From: a virus
Lineage: Duplodnaviria; Caudoviricetes
DNA length: 36,777 bases
Virus record (IMG/VR): IMGVR_UViG_3300025635_000077
Coordinates: 1 to 36,777 of that record
Strand: one strand, 5' to 3'
Shown: positions 25,445 through 34,153 of the stretch, piece by piece
Layout of the letters: the number at the start of each line of letters is the position of its first letter
How positions within the stretch are numbered: position 1 is the first letter of the stretch
Position numbers and translations under genes: made by a program
Notes under the pieces: generated by a model
Seen by the model: only the letters and a program-made list of their open reading frames with translations
Databases searched by the model: none
What the model was told of the DNA's origin: nothing

Positions 25445-25466
25445 GCCTTTATACCCCGCCATTTGA
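24987..25466 (+). CDS. putative helicase loader/replication accessory protein, overlapping the initiator tail
   Basis: Helical 'W.ELLAKYP.DVL..A...LKTHKW..P.IA' pattern; position after the initiator. Confidence 0.6.
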   Translation: MSDTTLSVLRSLTNWSISEPLPTGCQNLETALLELEMALSPSDTKSYLTLMNRLFASLPLPPKESLETWRELLAKYPPDVLKRASDHVLKTHKWETPPKIAQMVEAAEIDASYRRRLAAKATLEKAIMRQGWDKRDRMRTYSTSPTSCGDTPKPLYPAI

Positions 25467-25491
25467 TCCGACCTATGACCGAGGCCCTCAA

Positions 25492-25677
25492 GTGAGCAAG
25501 CCCATATCAGCCCGAGCATTTCTTTTCGTGTTGGCTTTCGCATCGGGCGTTGCGGGTGGTGCATTCGTGGCGGCTGATTATTGGCTGGAAGCGTCGGGGC
25601 CAATGGCTGGCTTTATGGCCTGCATAGCCGCTTTCGTAGTGATTCGATGCGCGCGAATTTATATGGCAACCGCATGA
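25492..25677 (+). CDS. small membrane protein
   Basis: Two TMs; coupled to the next gene. Confidence 0.55.
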   Translation: MSKPISARAFLFVLAFASGVAGGAFVAADYWLEASGPMAGFMACIAAFVVIRCARIYMATA

Positions 25678-26189
25678 GCAAACCCATGACCCTAGAGCCC
25701 TCCATCATCACGCCCACACCGGAGCGGATGCAGCACGACCCTGTAACGCTATCGGACCAGCAGATAGCCGACGACGCCGGGAATATCGGCTCGCCGTGGC
25801 GGGTGGTTGGAATTATCCCGGTGCTGTACGAGCGCAAGGCGATCAAGAACGAGCATGTGCTTGCCGCCTTTGCCTACATGGACGACTTCGACACGGCCAA
25901 AATGTACCCCGTCCGGGCCTCGCCAATGGAAATCATGGGGAAGGGTAGGGAAGAGCTATCCAACCGCCTCATGCGGGCTAAAAACCGCCTCTGGAACGCA
26001 CGCAAGGCATTGGGACTCGGAACGGCGGTTGAGCGGTCTGCCTGGGCCATCTTGGGGATGCGTTACAACTTCAAGGAATGGGTGGACCGTGAGGCGGGCG
26101 TGTTTTCCGAACAGACGGCCAAGCGGCTTTTAATCGCCGCGCTGCATAATTTGGTCGATCATTATGGCCTTGTGACGGGTAGAAAATAG
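25674..26189 (+). CDS. late transcription regulator (Q/antiterminator position)
   Basis: PTPER..H start and 'L..AL..LV.HYG' end; last gene before the late-region terminator. Confidence 0.6.
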   Translation: MSKPMTLEPSIITPTPERMQHDPVTLSDQQIADDAGNIGSPWRVVGIIPVLYERKAIKNEHVLAAFAYMDDFDTAKMYPVRASPMEIMGKGREELSNRLMRAKNRLWNARKALGLGTAVERSAWAILGMRYNFKEWVDREAGVFSEQTAKRLLIAALHNLVDHYGLVTGRK

Positions 26190-26311
26190 TTCTATTCGGC
26201 GGTTTATCTAATGGTGACAATGGTTTACTGGCAAAACATAGGGCTTGCGTGGGTTTGGCACTTATGATACCGGATTTAGTCAGGGTCGAATTGCGCCCGA
26301 ACGGATTCATG

Positions 26312-26343
26312 GCGGCTTCACCTTCGCGGGTGGGGCCGTTTTT
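26312..26343 (+). terminator. intrinsic terminator ahead of late genes
   Basis: GCGGCTTCACC-ttcgcg-GGTGGGGCCGT followed by TTTT. Confidence 0.7.
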
Positions 26344-26356
26344 CATTGGAGAATCG

Positions 26357-26647
26357 GTGAACCCTGAAACCGCTTTGTGGCGGGCTGTTGTTCTGCGCGC
26401 GATGCGGGATGCGGCTGGCGATGTGGAAACCAGCAACCTCAAGCGTGAGTCCCGGCTGATTGCCGTTAGGATCGCGCAGGGCTGGTTCCGCCGAGCGGAC
26501 GAGGGTTTCCAGGCGATTTGTGACGCGGCGGGATTAAACGCCCAATGCGTGCGCCGTGCGGCTATGGCCCAGTTCGCCAAGCTCCCGAAGGCCCCGAAGC
26601 AGCGGCCCCGGAAGCAAAAGCTAATCCCCGGCAAGCTGGCCGCTTGA
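26357..26647 (+). CDS. hypothetical protein
   Basis: GGAG RBS and GTG start; 'LWRAVV.RA..DA...W....F..IC..AGL' motif. Confidence 0.65.
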   Translation: MNPETALWRAVVLRAMRDAAGDVETSNLKRESRLIAVRIAQGWFRRADEGFQAICDAAGLNAQCVRRAAMAQFAKLPKAPKQRPRKQKLIPGKLAA

Positions 26648-26814
26648 GCCGCACCGCAGAGTTCAACGCCGAGCTTCGCTATTGGGAAGCCCACGGCGCT
26701 CTATCGTGGCCCACAAGGGACTTCCTAGAGATTTACCGCTACGCCCCCATTACCGATAACCCGGCTGCGCTGAAAGCCATTGACCGGGTAGTGCGCGATA
26801 TTGAAACAATCTGA
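26644..26814 (+). CDS. hypothetical protein
   Basis: TTGA overlap; 56 aa. Confidence 0.45.
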   Translation: MSRTAEFNAELRYWEAHGALSWPTRDFLEIYRYAPITDNPAALKAIDRVVRDIETI

Positions 26815-26832
26815 AACATTTAGGAGCTATTC

Positions 26833-27105
26833 TTGGCGGCTCGAAATACGCCAGCCACCGGATCGAAATCCGACAAGGTTTGGCGTGATGCAATTATGCG
26901 AGCGGTTAAGCGCCGCGAGAAGGGCGAGGACGTTCAAGCCCTAGAGAAGTTGGCCGACAAGCTGGTTCACGTTGCGCTATTGGGCGAGGTGGCTGCGCTT
27001 AAGGAGATTGGCGACCGCTTGGATGGCAAGCCCGTTCAAGGTATCGCTGGCTCAGACGGTGGTGATCTCGTCGTTAAAGTCCTGACGGGCATTGCGCGAG
27101 ATTGA
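26833..27105 (+). CDS. terS: terminase small subunit
   Basis: 'A.KEIGDRLDGKP.Q' motif; AGGAG RBS; overlaps terL. Confidence 0.7.
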   Translation: MAARNTPATGSKSDKVWRDAIMRAVKRREKGEDVQALEKLADKLVHVALLGEVAALKEIGDRLDGKPVQGIAGSDGGDLVVKVLTGIARD

Positions 27106-28372
27106 GGTTTCGACGGGCTACGTTGCTCGTCCATTACAGCAAGATATCCACCGCTCGCTAAAACGCTTCTCGGTTCTCGTTTGCCATCGCCGCTTTGGAA
27201 AGACGGTGCTGGCGATCAATGAGCTGATCGACCGTTCGCTGCGATGCGATTTACCCAATCCACGTCATGCGTATCTAGCGCCGCTCCGTAAGCAGGCCAA
27301 GCTGATCGCATGGGACTATCTGAAACACTATACGGCGACCATTCCGGGCAGGACCGCAAACGAAGCAGAGCTGAGGGTCGATTTGCCGGGCGGTCGCCGT
27401 ATCTACGTCGAAGGGGCTGATAACCCCGATGCCTTGCGAGGCATTTACCTTGATGGTGCCGTCCTAGACGAGTTCGGCCAGATGCAACCTTCCACATGGC
27501 GGGAGGTGATTCGTCCAGCCTTAACTGACCGTCAGGGTTGGGGCCTGTTCATTGGGACGCCCAAGGGCCGGAATGCCTTCCACGGCGTCTATGAGGCCGC
27601 GCAGAAGGCGATGGGCGAGGGTGCGCCGGATTGGTACGCAGCCCTATACAAAGCCTCTCAGACGAAGGTTATCCCGGACGAGGAACTAGCCTCCGCTAAA
27701 CGGGACATGGACCCTGACGAATACGATCAGGAGTTCGAGTGCAGTTTCACGGCTGCGGTTGTTGGCAGCTACTACGGCAAGCTGATAGGCCACGCCGAGG
27801 CTGACAAGCGCATCTGTTCGGTGCCTTACGATCCCGCCGTGCCGGTTCATACCGCATGGGACTTGGGCATAGGCGATTCCACGGCGATCTGGTTCGCGCA
27901 GTACGTGGGCCAAGAGATTCACATCATTGACTATTTGGAAGCCTCTGGCGTCGGGCTTGATTGGTACGCCAACGAATTGCGTAAGAAGCCCTACGGCTAC
28001 GGCAAGCACTACCTCCCGCACGATGGTGGAGCTAGGGAGTTGGGCACGGGTAAGACGCGGCAAGAGACGCTCGCCGCTCACCAAATCCAATGCGAAGTCC
28101 TCCCGCTGCAATCGGTGGATGACGGAATCAACGCCGTTCGCCTCATGCTTCCGAAGTGCTGGTTCGACAAGGTTAAGACCGAGCCGGGCCTAGAGGCGCT
28201 TAGAAACTACCGCAGAGAGTGGGACGAGAAGCTAGGCGTGTTCCGGCCTCGCCCCCTACACGATTGGGCCTCGCACGGCTCGGATGCGTTCAGGGCATTG
28301 GCCCAGGGCATCGAGAAGCCGCGACCGAAACGCAAACATGACAGCCAGGGCGCTGGCAGTTGGATGAGCTAG
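27092..28372 (+). CDS. terL: terminase large subunit
   Basis: Walker A HRRFGKT, Walker B VLDE, IGTPKG, nuclease WDLG..D and HGSDAFR. Confidence 0.95.
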   Translation: MREIEVSTGYVARPLQQDIHRSLKRFSVLVCHRRFGKTVLAINELIDRSLRCDLPNPRHAYLAPLRKQAKLIAWDYLKHYTATIPGRTANEAELRVDLPGGRRIYVEGADNPDALRGIYLDGAVLDEFGQMQPSTWREVIRPALTDRQGWGLFIGTPKGRNAFHGVYEAAQKAMGEGAPDWYAALYKASQTKVIPDEELASAKRDMDPDEYDQEFECSFTAAVVGSYYGKLIGHAEADKRICSVPYDPAVPVHTAWDLGIGDSTAIWFAQYVGQEIHIIDYLEASGVGLDWYANELRKKPYGYGKHYLPHDGGARELGTGKTRQETLAAHQIQCEVLPLQSVDDGINAVRLMLPKCWFDKVKTEPGLEALRNYRREWDEKLGVFRPRPLHDWASHGSDAFRALAQGIEKPRPKRKHDSQGAGSWMS

Positions 28373-28380
28373 GAGTTTAA

Positions 28381-30360
28381 TTGGCGGACAAGGACGAACT
28401 CGAAGATGCGAAAGAAGCCTTTAAGCAGGCTTACGACGCGGAGAGCGAAAACCGTGAGGCCGCCCTTGATGACTTGAAATTCGCACGCCTAGGCGAACAG
28501 TGGCCCGCTGACGTTATCAAGCAGCGCACGTTTGAGCGCCGCCCGTGCCTCACGATCAACAAAATGCCGTCGATCATCCGTCAGGTGGTCAACGACGCAA
28601 GGCAGAATAAGCCCTCGATTCGTGTCCGCCCGGTCGATTCGGATGCCGACCCCGAAACAGCCGAGGTGATGAACGGGCTTATTCGGAACATCGAGCAGAT
28701 TTCCAACGCTGACGTTGCCTATGACACGGCGGCGGAATTTGCGATTACGCAGGGCTTTGGGTATTTCCGCGTTGCCATTGAATACGCGGACGACGACTCG
28801 TTCGATAAGGACATTCTGATTAAGCGGGTGTCCAACCCGTTCTCGGTCTATGGCGACCCGCACTCGACGGAAGCCGATTCCTCGGACTGGAATATGGCCT
28901 TCATCACCGACTTGATGACCAAGGACGCCTTCAAGAAGGAATACAAAGGGGCCGAACAGGTCGATTGGTCCGCCCTTGGGTATGACGTTCTCGATGATAT
29001 GTGGCGCAAGGAAAACTCCATCCTTGTGGCTGAGTATTGGTGTCGGGAGAAGGTGGACCGCCCGATTCTGCTTCTTTCGTCCGGCGATATTCTGGAAGCC
29101 GACGTTTACGAGAAGCACAAGGATTATTTCGACCTCGTAGGTGTGACGGTTACGTCCGAGCGCACCACGAAGTCCCACAAGGTCACGCAGAAGATCATGA
29201 CCGGGGCGGAAGTCCTGGAAACGAACGAATGGGGTGGAAAATACATCCCCATTATTCCGGTTTACGGCGAGGAAGTGAACGTAGAGGGCAAGCGGCATTT
29301 CCGCTCGCTCATTCGTGACGCCAAAGACGCGCAGCGGATGTTCAACTATTGGCGCACGGTTGCGACTGAGTTGGTTGCGCTGTCCCCGAAGGCCCCGTTC
29401 ATCGGCCCGGAAGAAGCATTTAGCGGCGACGACGCGGAGAAGTGGGCCAAGGCGAATACCGAGAGCTACGCCTTCATCGGATACAAGGGCCAGACACCCC
29501 CACAGCGCCAGCCCTTCGCCGGTCCTCCCGCTGGTGCATTGCAAGAGGCCCTAAACGCCTCGGACGATATGAAGGCCATCACGGGTCTATACGACGCCTC
29601 ACTGGGCGCAAGGTCTAACGAAACCTCCGGACGGGCAATTATGGCCCGCCAGCGTGAAGGCGACGTTTCTACGTTCCACTTTATCGACAACCTGTCTCGT
29701 GCCATTAGGCACGGCGGGCGCATCCTCATTGACTTGATCCCCAAGGTTTACACCGGGGAGCGCATTGTTCGCGTATTAGGCAAAGAGGGCGAGGTTAAGA
29801 ACGTCCAGCTTGGCGCGAAGCCCGACCCGAGCGAACAGACGCAAATGATGCAGCCCCAAGCGCAGCCGATGGGGCCGCAGCAGGCCATTGAAGGCACGGA
29901 CGCGGAACAGCAAGCCGAGATCGCCAAGATTTATGACCTCTCGGTCGGCAAGTATGACCTCGTTGTGGACGTTGGCCCGTCCTTCACGACCAAGCGCGAG
30001 GAAGCGGCCACGCAAATGATGGAACTGCTAAGGGCGTTCCCGGCTGCGGCTCCGGTGATTGGTGACCTACTCGCCAAAAACCTTGACTGGCCGGGCGCGG
30101 ACGAGATCGCGGAACGGTTGCAGAAGATGCAGCAGAACAGCGCATCGGGCGTGGACCCCAAGAAGGTCGCGGCCATGCAGCAGGAACTACAGCAGTTGCA
30201 GCAAGAGAACGCGCAGCTAAAGGCCGACGTATCCGGCAAGCAGATCGACCGGCAGATTGAAGGCCAGCGCGTCGGCATTGAACAGTTCGACGCGACGACG
30301 AATCGCATTAAGGCGATGGCGGACATTTCCCGCCCGCAACCCCAACCGAGACAGTTCTAA
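28381..30360 (+). CDS. P22-like portal protein
   Basis: G.QW...RPCLTINK, SNETSGRAIMARQ, GKYD..VDVGPS..TKR; Q-rich barrel. Confidence 0.92.
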   Translation: MADKDELEDAKEAFKQAYDAESENREAALDDLKFARLGEQWPADVIKQRTFERRPCLTINKMPSIIRQVVNDARQNKPSIRVRPVDSDADPETAEVMNGLIRNIEQISNADVAYDTAAEFAITQGFGYFRVAIEYADDDSFDKDILIKRVSNPFSVYGDPHSTEADSSDWNMAFITDLMTKDAFKKEYKGAEQVDWSALGYDVLDDMWRKENSILVAEYWCREKVDRPILLLSSGDILEADVYEKHKDYFDLVGVTVTSERTTKSHKVTQKIMTGAEVLETNEWGGKYIPIIPVYGEEVNVEGKRHFRSLIRDAKDAQRMFNYWRTVATELVALSPKAPFIGPEEAFSGDDAEKWAKANTESYAFIGYKGQTPPQRQPFAGPPAGALQEALNASDDMKAITGLYDASLGARSNETSGRAIMARQREGDVSTFHFIDNLSRAIRHGGRILIDLIPKVYTGERIVRVLGKEGEVKNVQLGAKPDPSEQTQMMQPQAQPMGPQQAIEGTDAEQQAEIAKIYDLSVGKYDLVVDVGPSFTTKREEAATQMMELLRAFPAAAPVIGDLLAKNLDWPGADEIAERLQKMQQNSASGVDPKKVAAMQQELQQLQQENAQLKADVSGKQIDRQIEGQRVGIEQFDATTNRIKAMADISRPQPQPRQF

Positions 30361-30363
30361 GAA

Positions 30364-30422
30364 TCTGCGGCGGCAGCGTTATAAAAGCCGCGTTAGGCGA
30401 GAGTCCGCTCCTCGCCCGCAGA
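30364..30422 (+). ncRNA. candidate three-way-junction RNA element
   Basis: TCTGCG/CGCAGA closes two hairpins, GCGGC/GCCGC and GGCGAG/CTCGCC. Confidence 0.4.
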
Positions 30423-30428
30423 CCTAAC

Positions 30429-30458
30429 CCCGCCCGGCATCCGCTTGGCGGGTTTTTT
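30429..30458 (+). terminator. intrinsic terminator between portal and scaffold
   Basis: CCCGCC...GGCGGG followed by TTTTTT. Confidence 0.7.
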
Positions 30459-30479
30459 CATGTCACCAACCGATAAGGA

Positions 30480-31358
30480 GTGACTCTTTTGACGGACGAA
30501 ACCGCGACCAATCCGACGCCGGAAAATACAACCCCGGCACCGGAAGTCGCAAACACCCCAACGAACGAAACCGAAGTCTCTATCACCGACGACCAGATCG
30601 AAGGCGATCAGGTTGAGGCCGTAGAGGAAACCGAAGAAGTCGATTGGGAGGACGGCAAGAAATACGCGGTCCCGAAGGCGCTTAAAGACGCGCTTTTGCG
30701 ACAGGCGGACTACACCCGGAAAACACAAGAAGTCGCCGCACAGCGCAAGGAACTGGAGGGTCGTCAAGAGGCGATCCGCCAACACGCCGAGTGGCAGCAG
30801 GCGAACATTAAGGAATATGCCCGACTGGAAGCGATCACGGATCGTCTTTCACAGTTTCAGGGCGTCAATTGGGCGCAGTTGAATCAGGACGACCCGGTAC
30901 GGGCGCAAGCCTTGTTTATCGAGAAGTCCAACCTTGAAGGCGCTCAACGTGAACTAAGAGAAGGCCTTACGCAGAAGCAGCAGCAGGCCCTGTGGATGCA
31001 GCAGCAAGAGACTGCCAAGCAGCTACAGGAAGGCCGCGCCGCGATTGCGAAGGCAATACCGAATTTCACGCCTGAGTTAGCGAAAAGCCTCAAGGACCAC
31101 GGAACGAGCTACGGCTACACCGCCGACGAATTAAACGCGGTTGTAGATCCCCGAGCCGTTCAAGTCCTTCACGACGCTTATCTCTGGCGGCAGTACCAGT
31201 CAAAGCAACGCGCCGCCGTTGCCCCCAAGCCAGCACCGCAAGCCGAACCAGTCCGACAGGTCACGGGGCGCAAGCCCACGCAGCCCGGACTTAGGGACGA
31301 CTTGTCAGCGGCGGAGTGGGTCAAGCGGCGCAACGCACAACTGGGCATCAAAGCCTAA
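30480..31358 (+). CDS. scaffolding protein
   Basis: Acidic N-terminus, LRQADYTRKTQE motif, coiled coil; lies between portal and coat. Confidence 0.85.
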   Translation: MTLLTDETATNPTPENTTPAPEVANTPTNETEVSITDDQIEGDQVEAVEETEEVDWEDGKKYAVPKALKDALLRQADYTRKTQEVAAQRKELEGRQEAIRQHAEWQQANIKEYARLEAITDRLSQFQGVNWAQLNQDDPVRAQALFIEKSNLEGAQRELREGLTQKQQQALWMQQQETAKQLQEGRAAIAKAIPNFTPELAKSLKDHGTSYGYTADELNAVVDPRAVQVLHDAYLWRQYQSKQRAAVAPKPAPQAEPVRQVTGRKPTQPGLRDDLSAAEWVKRRNAQLGIKA

Positions 31359-31433
31359 TCCCCTCAACGGGCACGTCGAGAGACGCCCCCTATCCCAGTG
31401 CCCGGCGAAAGCCGGGCCAGAAGGAGCTAAATA

Positions 31434-32624
31434 GTGGCTAACACAGTGCTTACCCCCACGGCGGTCACGCGGGAAATCCTGCGCGTCCTCCATCAGAAGG
31501 CCAATTTCATTGGCACGATCAATCGTGAATATGACGATTCGTTCGCCAAGGAAGGGGCCAAGATCGGCACCTCCCTGAAAGTCCGCCTGCCGAACCAGTA
31601 TACCGTCACGACCGGCGCTGTGCTGAACGCGCAGGACACCACCGAGTCGAGCGTTACGATGACGGTGGCGACTCAGAAGCACGTTGGCATGAATTTCTCG
31701 TCCAACGAGCTGACCATGAGCCTGGATGACTTCTCCAGGCGCATCATCGAGCCGGCTGTTTCGGTTCTCGTTGCCTCGGTTGAAAACGACATCATCTCGA
31801 ACGTCTATAAGGACGTTTACAATGTCGTTGACAACGCCGGTTCTGCGGCCACTTACGCCAAGGTTCTGGAGGCGGAAGCCCGCCTGCATAAGAGCCTTGC
31901 CCCGATGGGTGACCGCGCGGCGATGCTGCACACCCAGGCCCACGCCGACATGCTTTCGGCTTGGTCCACGCTGTTCAACGACTCGAAGGAGATTTCGAGC
32001 CAGTATAAGACCGGCAAGATTGGCACTGCTATTGGCTTCGACTTCTACCGCTCGACTCACCTGCCCATCCACACCACGGGCACCGAGACGGGCACGACCT
32101 TTGCGGTCAACGGCGCGAACCAGACCGGCGCTTCGGTGACGGTCACCAACGGCTCAAGCAAGACCCTGGTTGCCGGTGACGTTGTGACCTTCGCGGGTTG
32201 CAATCGCGTTCACCCGGAAACCAAGGCCGACACCGGCGAGTTGCAGCGTTTCGTTGTGACCTCGGCGGTTGGTTCGGCTGGCACCTCGATTGCCATCAGC
32301 CCGTCCATCGTGATCACCGGCGCGACGCAGAACGTCTCTGCGGCTCCGACCGATTCGGGCACGGTGACCAAGCTGTTGGGTGGTGCGTCGTCTGCGACGG
32401 ACACCTCCCTCCTGTACCACAAGGATGCGTTCGCGTTTACGACCGCTGATCTTGTGATGCCGAAGGGCGTGGATTTCGCGGCTCGCGAAAACCTGGACGG
32501 CGTGAGCCTTCGCCTCGTTCGCCAGTACGATATCAACAACGACAAGTTCCCTTGCCGTCTCGATATCCTCTACGGCTACAAGACGATCCGGCCCGAATTG
32601 GCCGTTCGCCTCCACAATAACTAA
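31434..32624 (+). CDS. major capsid protein (P22 coat family)
   Basis: MANTVLT, INREYDDSF..GAKIG..L.VRLP, CRLDILYG..TIRPE. Confidence 0.93.
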   Translation: MANTVLTPTAVTREILRVLHQKANFIGTINREYDDSFAKEGAKIGTSLKVRLPNQYTVTTGAVLNAQDTTESSVTMTVATQKHVGMNFSSNELTMSLDDFSRRIIEPAVSVLVASVENDIISNVYKDVYNVVDNAGSAATYAKVLEAEARLHKSLAPMGDRAAMLHTQAHADMLSAWSTLFNDSKEISSQYKTGKIGTAIGFDFYRSTHLPIHTTGTETGTTFAVNGANQTGASVTVTNGSSKTLVAGDVVTFAGCNRVHPETKADTGELQRFVVTSAVGSAGTSIAISPSIVITGATQNVSAAPTDSGTVTKLLGGASSATDTSLLYHKDAFAFTTADLVMPKGVDFAARENLDGVSLRLVRQYDINNDKFPCRLDILYGYKTIRPELAVRLHNN

Positions 32625-32642
32625 GCCGAAGGAGGATAGAAA

Positions 32643-32912
32643 ATGACCATCGGCAAGCAACTCTCCGACAAGAACCCGGACGGTACGGCCCTCGGGCAGT
32701 CCGCCACGGACCTGATCGCGTTCCACGGTGGGACGCCGACTTCGCAGCGCGCGAGCGCGGCCCTGTCGGCTACTCACTCGCTGTACGCGCATACGGGCCT
32801 TTCTCTCGGCGCTAACCTCTCGGCGTCGGTGTTCTACGACTATGTGTGCAGCTCCCTCCAGGAGATTCGCACGATGCTGACCGCTTACGGCCTCCATAAG
32901 GGCGGCGCGTAA
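32643..32912 (+). CDS. small virion (decoration-like) protein
   Basis: GGAGG RBS; 'DGT.LGQSATD.IAF.G.TP' motif; directly after the coat gene. Confidence 0.6.
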   Translation: MTIGKQLSDKNPDGTALGQSATDLIAFHGGTPTSQRASAALSATHSLYAHTGLSLGANLSASVFYDYVCSSLQEIRTMLTAYGLHKGGA

Positions 32913-32915
32913 GAT

Positions 32916-33683
32916 TTGTTCACGATACGGGGCGGGGTCTTTGGCGGCCCGGTTGACCTGACCATCAGGGGCTTCCTCCCCGTATCGGACGAACAAGTTA
33001 CCAAGAATATTGACAATGCGACGGGCCTGGGCCTCAAGGAATTGGGGCCTGGGCCTATCGTTCCCCTCGCCATCGTGGGCGGCGGGCCAACCATCAATAA
33101 CCACATTGAGACGCTCCGGAATTGGAGCGGCGATGTGTGGGCGATTAACGGCGCTTTCGGCTGGTGCCGGGATCATGGGATAGAGGCGACGTTCGTTTCG
33201 GTCGATCCCCATCCCATTGTTGCAAAATGGGCCGAAGGGGCGAAGCGGGCGCTTCTGCATAAGCAATGCCCCGTTGAGGCGTTCGACGCTCTAAAGGGCG
33301 CGGACGTTACGCTGTTCGATTCCAACGGATGCACGGGCACGACGGTTGCCGCCGCCATTACGGCGGGCGCAAAAACCCGGCACGAAAGCATCACGGTTTT
33401 TGGCTGCGAGTCCTGCTATCAGCCGGACAAGAGCCACGCCTATCAGAACGAGGACCGCCCGGAGCGCATGATCGTGGCGGCTTCCGGCTCGTTCTATTTC
33501 ACGGCCCCGGACTTCTACTTCCAGGCGCAGAAATTAGCCGAACTCATACGCGGCCTTGATGGCTATGTGAAAGAGGAAAGCGGTGGCTTGCTGCGGGCGT
33601 TCATTAAAAGCCCCGATCATTGGATCGTGTGGATTTCCGACGAAATGGCGAAGGGCCTGAAACCAATTGCCCGCGCCGCTTAG
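32916..33683 (+). CDS. Maf/DUF115 (MptE-like) Rossmann-fold putative glycosyltransferase
   Basis: AIVGGGPTI, WAINGA..W....GI....VSVDP, GTTV, I.VFGCESCY..SHAY. Confidence 0.7.
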   Translation: MFTIRGGVFGGPVDLTIRGFLPVSDEQVTKNIDNATGLGLKELGPGPIVPLAIVGGGPTINNHIETLRNWSGDVWAINGAFGWCRDHGIEATFVSVDPHPIVAKWAEGAKRALLHKQCPVEAFDALKGADVTLFDSNGCTGTTVAAAITAGAKTRHESITVFGCESCYQPDKSHAYQNEDRPERMIVAASGSFYFTAPDFYFQAQKLAELIRGLDGYVKEESGGLLRAFIKSPDHWIVWISDEMAKGLKPIARAA

Positions 33684-33800
33684 TTTCTCCGAGAAGGTCA
33701 AAGCACTCCTATCGCGTTGCCCCGCTCATGGCTTTGTCATGGGCAAGGATGGCAATGAAATGTTGCTGGTCAAATCTGAAATCATCGCAAAGGCGGTTGA

Positions 33801-34040
33801 ATGGGACACCTCACGTTCGCCTACAAGCTCGAACCCCAGGGCAAGTACGTCATGCACATCCGCTGTGACAGCGACCAAATCCCCGCAGGGTGGTTCGACA
33901 GCCCGGAAAAGTGTCTAGCCGCGTCCGGCGGCGTGATGCTTGCGCCCGCTTCCGAGCCGAAGGCGCCCCCCGATCCCGCACCCGCTCCGGCTCCGATTGG
34001 TGAGAAGCGCCGCCCCGGTCGCCCGAGGAAGGCCGCGTGA
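33801..34040 (+). CDS. small protein with AT-hook-like C-terminus
   Basis: GWFDSP motif; ends KRRPGRPRKAA. Confidence 0.6.
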   Translation: MGHLTFAYKLEPQGKYVMHIRCDSDQIPAGWFDSPEKCLAASGGVMLAPASEPKAPPDPAPAPAPIGEKRRPGRPRKAA

Positions 34041-34153
34041 TGGATTACACGTTCTGGCTTGGCAGGGATGGCGACCCGGCCCCGGTAAGCCCCGAGGACG
34101 AGCGCGCCCTAGAAAACTCCCCCCTCTATCCCGGCGTAGGGTTGCCTAAGTGA
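34040..34153 (+). CDS. 37-aa hypothetical peptide (not in ORF track)
   Basis: MDYTFWLGRDG...; TGATG and GTGA coupling at its ends. Confidence 0.4.
   Translation: MDYTFWLGRDGDPAPVSPEDERALENSPLYPGVGLPK

Noticed and set aside
28489-29544. 351-aa minus-strand ORF
   Set aside because: Antisense shadow of the portal gene in GC-rich DNA; no motifs.
30364-30425. tRNA gene
   Set aside because: Only two internal arms, no TTCGA T-loop and no anticodon arm; kept only as a generic structured element.
32154-33266. 370-aa minus-strand ORF (likewise 31305-32072, 34126-34848, 35226-35852)
   Set aside because: Antisense to well-supported structural genes; no RBS or domain signal.
33667-33918. 83-aa ORF after the Maf-like gene
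   Set aside because: Its 3' half overlaps the better-supported 33801-34040 gene and reads as low-complexity; coding status unresolved.
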